The notes under the pieces were generated by a model that did not search any database, had not been told where the DNA came from, and worked only from the letters and a program-made list of their open reading frames with translations. Shown piece by piece: positions 8,422 through 17,929 of a DNA stretch of 64,000 bases. Position numbers and translations under genes: made by a program. Positions within the stretch are counted from its first letter, which is position 1, and every line of letters starts with the position of its first letter. Where the stretch lies: positions 1,203,666 through 1,267,665 of the forward strand of contig CAVYGS010000005.1 of assembly GCA_963768185.1 (NCBI GenBank), given 5' to 3'. The stretch is from an uncultured Acidimicrobiaceae bacterium (lineage in GTDB: Bacteria > Actinomycetota > Acidimicrobiia > Acidimicrobiales > RAAP-2).

Positions 8422-9488
8422 CTCCGGGTCTCACTCGTCCGGGGGAGGTTGACGAGAAGGCGCGCTCGACCGTCAGGAGCGATCTCGATCAGCGTTTGCC
8501 GATCGGTTGCTCCCCCAAGGCCATCGGTGTCGGTGTAGATGGCTCCGTTGCGAGCGACCGCCACCCCGGATGGTCCGAACCCACCGATGCGCTTGGCGAC
8601 AGCCCGCAGACCGGCGGCGTCCAGTGGCCGTATGGAGCCCCCGTTGACCAATGCAAGTCCGGTGTTCGGGACTGCAACGAGGACCGAGCCATTCGGTGCT
8701 GCGGTCAGTCCGGCCACCACGACCGAGGTTCCACCGGTCGGAGTCAGCGTCGTTTCGCCAACCAAGCTCAAGACTCCGTTCACGTACTGAAGCAGGAGCT
8801 TTGGTGAGGAATTGGCGATGTACACCGTGCCGGACGGAGTCACGGCGATCCCCTCGGGATTGAATGCGAACTCGGTTCCACCGATCGACGGCTCCCCAAT
8901 GATCACCCCGTTCATCACCGTTTGCACCGGGATCACTGTGGACACTGCTCCGTTGGGGGCGACCAACTGCACCCCTGCGGCGTCCGCAACGTACAGAACA
9001 TTCGAAGGACCCACCGCGAGCGCAATCGGGCGGACGACCTTCGCGTACGTCGCAATCAGTCCGGCTGGAGAAACTTCTTGGATCCGGTTGTTGCCTGAGT
9101 CAGCGATAAAGACGTCGCCATCCGGGGAGACCGCGAGAGCCCCCGGCTGATCGAGCTCGGCGGTGGTTGCCAGGCCACCATCCCCTGCCTGCCCGGTCCT
9201 CCCGTCCCCTGCAAACGCCGACAAAGCCCCGTTCCGGGAGCGCTCAAGAATCTGATTGGTCCCTTGATTGTCGATGAGGAGGTCGCCATCCGGGGAGACC
9301 GCCAAGGCCGACGGGTCATCCAGGCGGACATTCCTGGTCACGCCCGCGACCGGTTGACCGGCGCCCGTCATCGCGAACGAGGCTCCGACCGAGACCGCCG
9401 TTGAGACAGCGATCCGAAGTGTTCGGGACCAACCGCGTCCACGGCGCGACGCCACTGACCTGCGGGCGCGGCTCACGCCTGCGGGCAT
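8418..9488 (-). CDS. Secreted NHL-repeat (beta-propeller) protein
   Basis: ORF 8418..9488. It has an Arg-rich signal-like N-terminus (RTLRIAVSTAVSVGASFAMTGAG). Repeated units include LAVSPDGDLLIDNQGTNQI, LAVSPDGDVFIADSGNNRIQEV, VGPSNVLYVADAAG and IAVTPSGTVYIANS. Confidence 0.75.
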   Translation of the reverse strand: MPAGVSRARRSVASRRGRGWSRTLRIAVSTAVSVGASFAMTGAGQPVAGVTRNVRLDDPSALAVSPDGDLLIDNQGTNQILERSRNGALSAFAGDGRTGQAGDGGLATTAELDQPGALAVSPDGDVFIADSGNNRIQEVSPAGLIATYAKVVRPIALAVGPSNVLYVADAAGVQLVAPNGAVSTVIPVQTVMNGVIIGEPSIGGTEFAFNPEGIAVTPSGTVYIANSSPKLLLQYVNGVLSLVGETTLTPTGGTSVVVAGLTAAPNGSVLVAVPNTGLALVNGGSIRPLDAAGLRAVAKRIGGFGPSGVAVARNGAIYTDTDGLGGATDRQTLIEIAPDGRARLLVNLPRTSETRS

Positions 9489-9681
9489 GCGAACACGGTC
9501 GGGTCATCAGGGTGCTTCATTGGACAGCCAATCGCCAACGACGCATTCGACAGAACAGTCGCGCCGGTGTCAAGGGAGAGCTTCTTCCGCACGATCTGCT
9601 GGACACGCCCGCCATCGGCGAGATGGCGAGCCGGAGCGCGGACGCCCTAAGGAACCGCGCGACGACCGATGGTGGAGGCGA

Positions 9682-11037
9682 CTACTGGCCCGGGTCGGTG
9701 ACCCCGACGATCGGCTCGAACCCGTTCACCTGGTCGAGGCGGACGTCGGCGCCGGTGTGCGGGGCGTCGACCATGACGCCGTTGCCCACGAAGATGCCGA
9801 CGTGGGTGACGTCGTCGGGCCCTCCGCCGAAGAAGACCAGGTCACCGGGCACCACGGTCTGGCCCGGGGCCACCGCAGGACCGGTGTCGTATTGGTCTTG
9901 GGCGGTCCTCGGCAGCTGGATTCCAACGGCGGCGTAGACGAACTGCACCAGGCCGGAGCAGTCGAACCCCTGGGGAGACTCGCCACCCCACAGGTACGGC
10001 GTCCCGATATAGGACAGCGCGATCTGCACCGCACGCTGCTGGGCCATGGTCTCGCCGGTCACCGGCGCGCCGGTCTCGTTGTCGACGAGGTCACAGCCGA
10101 GTTGTCCGTCGGTCCCGAAACCGTCGTTCGGGATGACGCCCCCACCCGAAAGGCTCATGGCGGGTGGGTCGGTCGTTCCCGGCGCGACCGTGGGGACGGG
10201 GGTCGTCGTCCGCGTGGTCGTCGACCCGCCGGTCGTGCCGGAGCTGCTGGAGGTGCTCGAAGTGCTGGTGCCACCCGTGCTCGACGTCCCGCCGCCTGTG
10301 CCCGACGACGACGTGGAGCCGGACCCGCCGGTGCCCGAGACCGGTGACGAGGGGGTCCCCGGGACCGAGGGCAGGGTCGGCGTCGGGGGCACCGTGTAGG
10401 TGTACTGGTCGGCCGAGGTGCTCGGGCTGAGCCCAACCAGCACGAGGACGTGGATGTCGATCGTTCCGGCACCCGGCGGTGAGGTCGCCGTGATCTCGGT
10501 GTCCGAGACGACGTCGAAGGTGAGCGCAGGCACCGCTCCGAAGGTGACCGCCGTGGCGCCGGTGAAACCCGAGCCGGTGATCGTGACCGGCGTCCCGCCG
10601 GTGATCGGCCCGTAGGTCGGCGACACCCCGGTCACCGCGAGAGAGGAGAGAAGAGCGGTCAGGACGATCGTGGAGCGCCGCGAAAATACCCCGGCCTCCT
10701 GCTGCACGGGCCCTGAACCAGCGCACGCCGGCACCAGATTGTTCGGTGTGGTGGCGAGGTCGGGGCTCGAGGATGTCTTGTGGGTGAGCCCCGGCCACGC
10801 CGAAGCCGAGAGGGTCTGGTGTTGACCACTCGGCGCTGAGCTCGAGATCACCGGGCCGACGATCACCGCGACAAGGGCACCGACACCGAGAACAGCCAGT
10901 GGCCACTGCAGGCGCTGGCCCCACGCCGAGCGATAGGCCTTGGACGCCAAGCGAGCTCCCGGACCAAAGGCCCGGGCGCCAACCCGCCGCACGGGCCCGA
11001 GGACCCGTGCAAGGAGCATTCCCCCGAAGCGTCCCAT
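9682..11037 (-). CDS. NlpC/P60 peptidoglycan endopeptidase with an IPT/TIG domain
   Basis: ORF 9682..11037. IPT/TIG-like VTGVSPTYGPITGGTPVTITGSGFTGATAVTFGAVPALTFDVVSDTEITATSPPG, then an S/T/G-rich linker. The C-terminus is NlpC/P60 (YIGTPYLWGGESPQGFDCSGLVQFVY..THVGIFVGNGVMVDAPHTG). The start is uncertain: a GTG before RRSTIVLTALLSSLAVTG would give a classical signal peptide. Confidence 0.85.
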   Translation of the reverse strand: MGRFGGMLLARVLGPVRRVGARAFGPGARLASKAYRSAWGQRLQWPLAVLGVGALVAVIVGPVISSSAPSGQHQTLSASAWPGLTHKTSSSPDLATTPNNLVPACAGSGPVQQEAGVFSRRSTIVLTALLSSLAVTGVSPTYGPITGGTPVTITGSGFTGATAVTFGAVPALTFDVVSDTEITATSPPGAGTIDIHVLVLVGLSPSTSADQYTYTVPPTPTLPSVPGTPSSPVSGTGGSGSTSSSGTGGGTSSTGGTSTSSTSSSSGTTGGSTTTRTTTPVPTVAPGTTDPPAMSLSGGGVIPNDGFGTDGQLGCDLVDNETGAPVTGETMAQQRAVQIALSYIGTPYLWGGESPQGFDCSGLVQFVYAAVGIQLPRTAQDQYDTGPAVAPGQTVVPGDLVFFGGGPDDVTHVGIFVGNGVMVDAPHTGADVRLDQVNGFEPIVGVTDPGQ

Positions 11038-11152
11038 TGCAAGAGGAACGGCCCCAGCCCCCTGAACTTGCGGCCCGAGGCAGCCACGCCCAGGTGACAG
11101 AGGTCACGGTGCTGTAGGAACCTTCTTGGCGCCGAGCCGACGAGGAGCGCCC

Positions 11153-12451
11153 ATGCCCAAACCGACCATCCGAGAGCTTGCCGAGCGTCATTGGCGGGGC
11201 GAGGGCGACCTGGTGTTCGAGCATCACCCGGTCAGGCCCGTGGCGTCCCGGGAGGCCGAGGAGATCCTGGACGGGGTGCTCTATCTGAAGAGCGTCGCAT
11301 CGGTGACGGCGGTCGATACCGGCGACGGCCTCCTGTGCCTCGACACCGGCGGACCGTACGACGCCGGCATCGTCTTCGACGGCATCAGGCGGTGGCGGCC
11401 GAACGCCCGCCTGGCCATGGCGGTCTTCTCCCACCACCACATCGACCACGTCTTCGGCACCCGAAGCTTCGAACAGGAGTCCACGGAGCGGGGCTGGTCG
11501 CCTCCGGTGGTCTACGCCCACGAGGCCATGTCGACGCACTTCGACCGCTACCAGCGCACACACGGGTGGAACACCGCCATCAACAAGCGCCAGTTCGGGC
11601 TGCCCCTCGACACCTTCTCCTGGCCGACGGACTTTCGGCGTCCCGACGTGACCTACACGGGCGCCATGACGGTCGCGCAGGGGGGCATGACCGTCGAGCT
11701 GCACCACGCCCGGGGCGAGACCGACGATGCGACCTGGACCTTCGTGCCCGAGCTTGGTCTGCTTCACCCCGGGGACCTCTTCGTCTACTCGGTCCCCAAC
11801 GCCGGCAACCCGCAGAAGGTGCAGCGCTATCTGAGCGACTGGGCGGTGGCGCTGCGCACCATGGCCGCGCTCGGCGCCGAGGTCATGGTGTCGGGGCACG
11901 GGCTTCCCATCTTCGGGGCGGACCGCATCCACGTCGCCCTGACCGACACCGCTGAGCTGCTCGACTCCATCGAGGACCAGACCCTCGCCCTCATGAACGA
12001 GGGCTGCACACTTGACCGGGCGATCCACGAGGTCACGGTCCCCCAGCACCTGCGCGACAAGCCCTATCTTCGCCCGGTCTACGACCACCCCCAGTTCCTG
12101 GTCCGCAACGTCTGGCGGCGCTACGGAGGCTGGTACGACGGCGAGCCGGACAACCTGCTCCCCGCCCCGCGCGTCGAGCAGGCCCGCGCCTGGGTGGGGC
12201 TGGCGGGAGGTGTCGGTGCCGTGATCGGGCGGGCTCTCGAGCTGGCCGACGCCGGCGACCATCGGCTGGCCTGCCACCTGGTGGAGGCGGCAGTCATCGC
12301 CAACCCCGACTCGGCTCAGGCACACGCGGCGCGGATCCGAATTTACGAGGAGCGGGCCGCCGAGCAGGAGTCGTCCATGGCCCGGAACATCCTGCGGCAC
12401 GCGTCGATGGCCAGCCAGGCCGGCCGACGGGACCTGGCCGGGAACTACTAA
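11153..12451 (+). CDS. MBL-fold hydrolase with alkyl-sulfatase dimerisation domain (type III sulfatase-like, no SCP2 tail)
   Basis: ORF 11126..12451; ATG 11153 follows GAGGAG. It carries the metallo-beta-lactamase motif SHHHIDHVFG. The C-terminal part (YLRPVYDHPQFLVRNVWRRYGGWYDGEPDNLLP..GDHRLACHLVEAAVIANPD..ARNILRHA) looks like the alkyl-sulfatase dimerisation domain. Confidence 0.8.
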   Translation: MPKPTIRELAERHWRGEGDLVFEHHPVRPVASREAEEILDGVLYLKSVASVTAVDTGDGLLCLDTGGPYDAGIVFDGIRRWRPNARLAMAVFSHHHIDHVFGTRSFEQESTERGWSPPVVYAHEAMSTHFDRYQRTHGWNTAINKRQFGLPLDTFSWPTDFRRPDVTYTGAMTVAQGGMTVELHHARGETDDATWTFVPELGLLHPGDLFVYSVPNAGNPQKVQRYLSDWAVALRTMAALGAEVMVSGHGLPIFGADRIHVALTDTAELLDSIEDQTLALMNEGCTLDRAIHEVTVPQHLRDKPYLRPVYDHPQFLVRNVWRRYGGWYDGEPDNLLPAPRVEQARAWVGLAGGVGAVIGRALELADAGDHRLACHLVEAAVIANPDSAQAHAARIRIYEERAAEQESSMARNILRHASMASQAGRRDLAGNY

Positions 12452-12491
12452 CCCGTCTCGGTGTCGAAGACTCGAAGGGTAGCCCTGCGGC

Positions 12492-13061
12492 TCACGAGGT
12501 CATCCCCCTGAGCCCGACGAGGCCGCGCCCGAGCTCGATCTCACCCATGTGACGGAGGCCGTGCTGGTAGATCCAGCACTCGGTCGCGTCGAGCAGCGTG
12601 ATCCCGTCGGGTCCCGCCACGCGGGCACTGTAGGTACTCGCGATCTGTTCCGGGAACGGCCGCTCGATGACCACACGGGTCAGCTCGACGGGGTCGAGAT
12701 CGTCGAGCCACCGCTCGACGCGGGCGAACACCGCGTGGAGGTACTCCTGGAAGGCCTCGTAGTCGCCAATGCGCTGGTGCACCATCTCCGCCACGCTGCG
12801 GCGCTTCCCGTGGTCGGCGATCGCCGGGCGCACCCGAGCCTCCCACTCCTCGTTCCAGAGGGGCGGGGTCCCGGTCATCAGCATGAAGGACGCGTCGATC
12901 ATGTTCGCGATGTGGAACAGGCTGAACGCGATCGGTACGACGCCCTCGCGTTCGAAGTGGTTGACCTGCTCGAGGTCCATCGTCGCGAGAGCGTCGGTGT
13001 AGAGCGAGTGCAGGGCCTTCATCCGCCGCTGGAGCGAGTCCAAGATCAATTCCGATGTCAT
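12492..13061 (-). CDS. DinB-superfamily (DinB_2-like) protein
   Basis: ORF 12492..13217; the likely start is ATG 13061 (MTSELILDSLQRRMKALHSLY..). It is predicted to be a four-helix bundle with conserved His positions (FSLFHIANMID, HQRIGDYE, YQHGLRHMGE). Confidence 0.65.
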   Translation of the reverse strand: MTSELILDSLQRRMKALHSLYTDALATMDLEQVNHFEREGVVPIAFSLFHIANMIDASFMLMTGTPPLWNEEWEARVRPAIADHGKRRSVAEMVHQRIGDYEAFQEYLHAVFARVERWLDDLDPVELTRVVIERPFPEQIASTYSARVAGPDGITLLDATECWIYQHGLRHMGEIELGRGLVGLRGMTS

Positions 13062-13201
13062 GGGGCTCCCGGGCACAAGTGACGGGCCAACGAATGTCCA
13101 ATCAAATCGCTCCGGCCCCCGGACGTCAACTACGGTTGCGCACAAGTGGCGGCCGCTCATGGGACCGCAGCTCGGTTCACGAGCCAAGACGGAGGTCTCC
13201 A

Positions 13202-13597
13202 TTGGGCAAGAGGGCAACCATCAGCCACGAGGTCCAGATCGCGCGACCCGCTGACCAGGTCTGGGAGCTCGTCGGTGACCCTGCCCGGATCCAGGAGTGG
13301 TTCCCCGGCATCACGGACTCGACGGTGGACGGAGACCAAAGGATCATCACCAACGGCGCTGGACAGCGGATCCCCGAGCGCATCGTCGCCATCGATCCCG
13401 ACCAGCGGCGGTTCCAGTCCGAACTGCGGCTTCCCATCTGCACCTTCCACCTCGGCACGGTGGAGGTTCGCGAGCTCGACGATGAGCACTGCCTCGTCGA
13501 CTACACCACCGAGGCCGAGCCAGCCGCGCTCGCGCTCATGATCGCGGGGGCGGCGGGGGCGGCGCTCGACCATCTGATTGAGATCCTCACCGCCTGA
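13202..13597 (+). CDS. SRPBCC (START/Bet v1/polyketide-cyclase-like) family protein
   Basis: ORF 13055..13597. TTG 13202 lies 6 nt after GGAGG (13191-13195). Sequence: ISHEVQIARPADQVWELVGDPARIQEWFPGI..RIVAIDPDQRRFQSEL. The stop is 1 nt before the sulfatase ATG. Confidence 0.7.
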   Translation: MGKRATISHEVQIARPADQVWELVGDPARIQEWFPGITDSTVDGDQRIITNGAGQRIPERIVAIDPDQRRFQSELRLPICTFHLGTVEVRELDDEHCLVDYTTEAEPAALALMIAGAAGAALDHLIEILTA

Positions 13598-13598
13598 C

Positions 13599-15143
13599 AT
13601 GGGCCGCAAGATCCTCTTCGTCACGACCGACCAACAGCGCTACGACACGCTGGGGTGCAACGGCGGCACCCTGGCCCGCACGCCGGTGATCGACGCGCTG
13701 GCGACCCAGGGCATCCGCTACGAACGGGCCCATCCCCAGTCGGTCGTCTGCATGCCATCCCGGGCGACCATGCTGACGGGCCAGTACCCGGCGACCCACG
13801 GCGTCTGGATGAACGGGGTCCCGCTCCCCATCGACGCCCCCTCGGTCGCCGAGGAGCTACGGCTACACGGTTATCGCACCGCCCTCGTGGGCAAGGCGCA
13901 TTTCGAGCCGTTCCTGGACCCGTTCGTCCGGTTCCCCGAAAATGCCCAGGGGGTGCTCGGCACCCGGCCGCCGACGGGCTCACACCGGGGGTTCGAGCAC
14001 CTGGAGCTCGCGTCGCACGGGAGCATCGGGCTCCTCCACTACGCCCGGTGGCTGGCTCGCGAGCACCCCGAGGTGGTCAGCTCCTTCTACCGGGCGCTCA
14101 ACTTGTCCTTCGAGGTGAGCGCCGAGACGGGCGGCCAAACCGAGGCCCCCCAGGTCAAGGTCAACCACGTCGACCGGGCTTGGTACCACACCGACTGGGT
14201 GGCGGACCGCACGATCGCATGGCTCGACTCACTGGGGCCCGACGACGACTGGTTCTGCTGGATGAGCTTTCCTGACCCCCACCACCCCTGGGATCCGCCC
14301 GAGTCGGAGGTGGGCCGGATCGACTGGCGCGAGGTTCCGCTCCCCGAGGGCTACCCGGAGCGAGCCGAGGACCGAGAGCGCATCATCGACGCCAAGCCCC
14401 GCCACTGGCGTCTGTGGTACGACGGCGAGCTCGTTTCGAACTACGAGGCCCCGGCCGACTGGGTCCCCGCAACTCTCTCCACGGACCAAGTACGCGAGGT
14501 CAACGCCCGGAACGCGGTCGAGTGCGAGCTGATCGATGAGGCATTGGGCCGCGTGGTGCGCCGGGTCGCCGAGCGGGGCTGGGCCGACGACGTCGACATC
14601 GTCTTCACGAGCGATCATGGCGAGCTGCAGGGGGACTTCGGGCTCCTCTTCAAGGGCCCCTATCACGTGGATTCCTTGCTACGACTCCCGCTCGTGTGGC
14701 GGCCGGCGCCGTCGGCGGCCATGCCAGCGGCCGTCGTCCAACGGCCGGTCGGGCTGGTCGACCTCGCTCCGACGTTCTGCGCCATTGCCGGCGTCGAGCC
14801 TCCCGCATGGCTCCAAGGTCGTCGCCTCCCCTCGGACGACCTCGACGCGGAGTCACGCGGGTTCGACCAGGTCTTTACCGGCTGGGATAGCGAGCTCTTC
14901 GGGGTGGACGTGCACTTGCGCACGGTCTTCCGAGAGGGTCTCGTCTGCACGGCATATGACCGTGGGACCGTCCACGACGGCTCCGAAGGCGAGCTCTACT
15001 CGACCAGTGAAGACCCCACCCAGCAAGTGAATCGGTGGAACGACCCAGCATGGCGCGCACGCCGCGACGACCTTCTCGGCGAGCTGAGCGAGCACCGACC
15101 GCCGCAGCACCAGCCGCGCCTACGACTAGAAGCGCCGGTCTGA
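13599..15143 (+). CDS. Cys-type (formylglycine) sulfatase, arylsulfatase family
   Basis: ORF 13578..15143; ATG 13599. ILFVTTDQQRYDTLG and the C-x-P-x-R signature in SVVCMPSRATMLTGQYP; also DIVFTSDHGE. Confidence 0.9.
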   Translation: MGRKILFVTTDQQRYDTLGCNGGTLARTPVIDALATQGIRYERAHPQSVVCMPSRATMLTGQYPATHGVWMNGVPLPIDAPSVAEELRLHGYRTALVGKAHFEPFLDPFVRFPENAQGVLGTRPPTGSHRGFEHLELASHGSIGLLHYARWLAREHPEVVSSFYRALNLSFEVSAETGGQTEAPQVKVNHVDRAWYHTDWVADRTIAWLDSLGPDDDWFCWMSFPDPHHPWDPPESEVGRIDWREVPLPEGYPERAEDRERIIDAKPRHWRLWYDGELVSNYEAPADWVPATLSTDQVREVNARNAVECELIDEALGRVVRRVAERGWADDVDIVFTSDHGELQGDFGLLFKGPYHVDSLLRLPLVWRPAPSAAMPAAVVQRPVGLVDLAPTFCAIAGVEPPAWLQGRRLPSDDLDAESRGFDQVFTGWDSELFGVDVHLRTVFREGLVCTAYDRGTVHDGSEGELYSTSEDPTQQVNRWNDPAWRARRDDLLGELSEHRPPQHQPRLRLEAPV

Positions 15144-15263
15144 CTCTTCAACGACGATCGCTGCTCATGGCGAAGCGTCGGGAAGGGACTGGGGTGGCCC
15201 GGTGTGAGTTCGAGGCGACCCTGAGGTTGGTTCGCCTCCGGGACGAGGCACATGTGTCGGCGA

Positions 15264-15656
15264 CTAACCCCCGCTCCCATATGGCCGAGTGATGATTTCG
15301 AGCAGATGACCATCGGGGTCCTTGAAGTAGACCCCGCGACCCCCGTCGTTGTGATTGACCTCCCGCGGACGCTGGAGACCAGGGTCAGCCCAGTATTCCT
15401 GTTTGGACTCGATCCTCGCGAAGGCCACATCAAACACGTCTTCGGTGACGATGAAGGCGTAGTGCTGAGAGGTGATCTCGGAGTCGCGATCCGCCTCGTG
15501 GTAGTCGAGCGAAACCTCGTTGCCCATTTCGACGACCATGAACGGACCCCAAGGCTTCGCGTCTTCCAACCCGAGCGTGTCGGTCAGATAGGAGGCCGAA
15601 GCCGCCTTGTCCCGGCACCAAACAATCGTGTGATTGAGCAGGACTGCCATGCCCAC
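15264..15656 (-). CDS. VOC (glyoxalase/bleomycin-resistance/dioxygenase) family protein
   Basis: ORF 15264..15656: LNHTIVWCRDKAASASYL..HYAFIV..VYFKDPDGHLLEIIT. Confidence 0.8.
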   Translation of the reverse strand: MGMAVLLNHTIVWCRDKAASASYLTDTLGLEDAKPWGPFMVVEMGNEVSLDYHEADRDSEITSQHYAFIVTEDVFDVAFARIESKQEYWADPGLQRPREVNHNDGGRGVYFKDPDGHLLEIITRPYGSGG

Positions 15657-15732
15657 GTTCTAGCGCGTCAGTGTGTGGTACCGACCGTCCGGGCGGTGCC
15701 ACATCGACCGGGACGAGAAAGGGGACACGAGC

Positions 15733-16125
15733 ATGGAACTGCAACCCAAGAGTCCGACCGCCAGGGGCCCTGACGAACGGTTCAGCGGTGAGGTGTGGAT
15801 CGACGCTGTGGCCTGGGGGCACGGACCCTCCCCACTGACCATCGGACTGGTGCACTTCACGCCCGGGGCGCGCACCGCGTGGCATTCCCACTCGATCGGA
15901 CAGACCGTCCACGTCACCGAGGGTGAAGGGTGCATCCAGTCCCGGGGCGAACCCCTTGTCACCATCAGGGCCGGTGACACTGTGTTTACGCCAGGAGGCG
16001 AGTGGCACTGGCACGGCGGCGCACCCGATCACTTCATGACTCATCTCGCCGTGTCCGAGGGCGATCCAGAGTGGGGTGAACACGTGACCGACGCCGAGTA
16101 TCACGGGGAGGCGCCGTCGGCCTGA
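15733..16125 (+). CDS. Cupin-domain protein
   Basis: ORF 15673..16125; ATG 15733 (MELQPKSPTARGPDERFSGEVWIDAV..VHFTPGARTAWHSHSIGQTVHVTEGEGC..GEWHWHGG). Confidence 0.8.
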   Translation: MELQPKSPTARGPDERFSGEVWIDAVAWGHGPSPLTIGLVHFTPGARTAWHSHSIGQTVHVTEGEGCIQSRGEPLVTIRAGDTVFTPGGEWHWHGGAPDHFMTHLAVSEGDPEWGEHVTDAEYHGEAPSA

Positions 16126-16216
16126 GTTCGCGACCCCTCGCAACCCCTGGGACGAGTCTCTCGATTCCGGTTCGCCGTCAGGGCACGGCGCTCGACCGCG
16201 GTCGGCCTGCCAGCTG

Positions 16217-16567
16217 CTACTGGGCGTCCTCGCGGAACCGATCGGCCATGGCCGACATCACTTGCAGGGCGAACATCGGCGTCTCTTGGACGAGGAAGAG
16301 GAAGCGGTGCTTGTTGATCACGGCGAGCACGCTGTCCTTGGACGCGACGGCCGTCGCTGAGCGAGCTACGGAGTCGATCAGCGCCATCTCGCCGAAGATG
16401 TCGTCGGGGCCGAGCGTTCGGACCACATTGTTGTCGACGAGGAGCTGGACCTCGCCGTCAACGATTCCGAACATCTCCTCGCCCTCGTCGCCCTCACTGA
16501 AGACGACGGACCCCGCCGGAGCCTCGATGGTCCGCTGAGCATTGCTAAAGAGTCCGGTGACCTTCAC
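16217..16567 (-). CDS. Stand-alone cyclic-nucleotide-binding domain protein (116 aa, no output domain)
   Basis: ORF 16217..16654. GTG 16567 lies 5 nt after GGAGG. Sequence: GSVVFSEGDEGEEMFGIVDGEVQLL..LGPDDIFGEMALIDSVARSATAVA = cNMP-binding fold with the FGE..R.A phosphate-binding cassette. Confidence 0.8.
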   Translation of the reverse strand: MKVTGLFSNAQRTIEAPAGSVVFSEGDEGEEMFGIVDGEVQLLVDNNVVRTLGPDDIFGEMALIDSVARSATAVASKDSVLAVINKHRFLFLVQETPMFALQVMSAMADRFREDAQ

Positions 16568-16774
16568 TCTCGCCTCCACGCGGTCTCGCCGCTTCCATGG
16601 GCCAGGAGGCCATCGCGAGCCGCGCGCCGCAGACGCTAGCGGCGCCCTTTCCAACCGGACCTGCCCTCACCGGCCGAATTCCCACGCCGTCACCGAGAAT
16701 TCATCTCCCGCCAACCTTGTCGTCGCGTTCGGCGCGGCGCTGCCGCTGTCTGCGTCGCCAGCCGAGTGAGCCGC

Positions 16775-17929
16775 TCAGCTCCGTGAGACCGAGTAGATCG
16801 TTACCTCGCCCACCCGGCCCTTCACCAACACGGTCTCGGGCTCACCGAACGCGATGGGTCCCATCGCAGAGGCCTGGACCGCCTCGGTCGCGAGGATCGA
16901 TGAGCGATGCTCTCGCCCCGCGAGACTCGCGATTCTGAATCCGACATTCACCACGTCACCGAGCGCCATCGTCACTGCCCCCGGCATGAGGCGCATCACC
17001 GCCGTGCCCAGAGTGACCGCCCACCCCATGCGCAGTTGGCTGCCGTCCGCGTAGCGCAACTCGAGCCCAGCAGTGCATTCCTTCACGAGGTCCTGAGCGG
17101 CAAGGACGAAGGAGAGCGCATTGTCGACCGCAGTCGGGTCGACATCCAGCTCCCAGCTGGCGAAGAAGGCGTCGCCCACGTAGTCGACGAGCGTTCCGCG
17201 GTGTGCAGAGAGCAGCTTCCGCAACTCCCGGTACAGCACGTCGACGTCCCGCGCCAGCATGGCGTGGTCGGCCTGCTCGGAAACGGTCGAGAAGTTGATG
17301 AGGTCGCCCACCACGATGGCCATCATCATGGGCGCGCCGATCGACACCGTGGCTCCGGCGACTTTGTGTTCGGACCCGCGGACCACCACCACGGCGCTCC
17401 GGAAGGCAAGGTGCCGGCCACCCACCTGGATCCGATCCCCGTCGTTCAGCGGAACGGCAACGGAGCGCTCGATCCGTACGCCGTTGATGCGCGATCCGTT
17501 ACTGGAGGTGTCCACCACGACGGCCGACTGCGAGTTCGAGTCGACCCGAATCTCCAGGTGGTTGCGGGAGATCGCCAGATCGTCCGTCAAGATGATGCGG
17601 CGAGAGTCGTCGACTCCCGCACACTCGCGCCCGACGAACAGCCGGTCGAACAGCGGGTACTCGGTCTCCTCCGGAGATCCGGGGTTGACGGTCACGAAGC
17701 CGAAGGGTTCATCCCGCTCAGTCGTGGGTTCCTCCTCGCTTCTCGGCCAGCCGCGATCGGAGAACAGCGCCCTCTCGGTCCCGGCCCCGCTGGAACGTAA
17801 TTGAAGCCACTCGGCGCCGCCAGGGAAAGCGCGATCGCCCGGCGGGCAATCGGGACGCCTGCGCACGGAGATCAGTTGGGCGGGATCGCCCTCCTGCATC
17901 AGGTGCGCGGACCGCAACGGTGATCGCAT
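16775..17929 (-). CDS. FHA-domain / class III adenylate (guanylate) cyclase fusion
   Basis: ORF 16775..17929. FHA part: LFVGRECAGVDDSRRIILTDDLAISRNHLEIRVD..VVDTSSNGSRINGVRI. Cyclase part: MAIVVGDLINFSTVSE..GTLVDYVGDAFFASWE..MALGDVVNVGFRIASLAG..VLVKGRVGEVTIYSV. Confidence 0.85.
   Translation of the reverse strand: MRSPLRSAHLMQEGDPAQLISVRRRPDCPPGDRAFPGGAEWLQLRSSGAGTERALFSDRGWPRSEEEPTTERDEPFGFVTVNPGSPEETEYPLFDRLFVGRECAGVDDSRRIILTDDLAISRNHLEIRVDSNSQSAVVVDTSSNGSRINGVRIERSVAVPLNDGDRIQVGGRHLAFRSAVVVVRGSEHKVAGATVSIGAPMMMAIVVGDLINFSTVSEQADHAMLARDVDVLYRELRKLLSAHRGTLVDYVGDAFFASWELDVDPTAVDNALSFVLAAQDLVKECTAGLELRYADGSQLRMGWAVTLGTAVMRLMPGAVTMALGDVVNVGFRIASLAGREHRSSILATEAVQASAMGPIAFGEPETVLVKGRVGEVTIYSVSRS

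Noticed and set aside
10690-11125. A c-di-AMP (ydaO-type) riboswitch upstream of the NlpC/P60 gene, as often seen in actinobacteria.
   Set aside because: I could not find the conserved ACGGGG / GGGGACCCA / CCGACAGCTAACC-type blocks by eye. The region also has coding-like third-position GC in the ORF frame. An Infernal scan would be decisive.
10091-12400. Very long ORFs antisense to well-supported genes. Examples: 10091..12400 (769 aa), 33753..35858 (701 aa), 25738..27375 (545 aa), 51595..53577 (660 aa), 38159..39304 (381 aa), 28578..29396 and 31362..32600.
   Set aside because: Their translations are Arg/Pro/Gly/His-rich with no recognisable motifs. They lie opposite genes with clear family signatures. 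Stop-free antisense frames are expected at this GC content.
16670-16715. Two GAATTC sites 15 nt apart between the cyclase and the cNMP-binding gene, as a possible hairpin or operator.
   Set aside because: The element is a 6-bp self-complementary hexamer only. That is too short to distinguish from chance.
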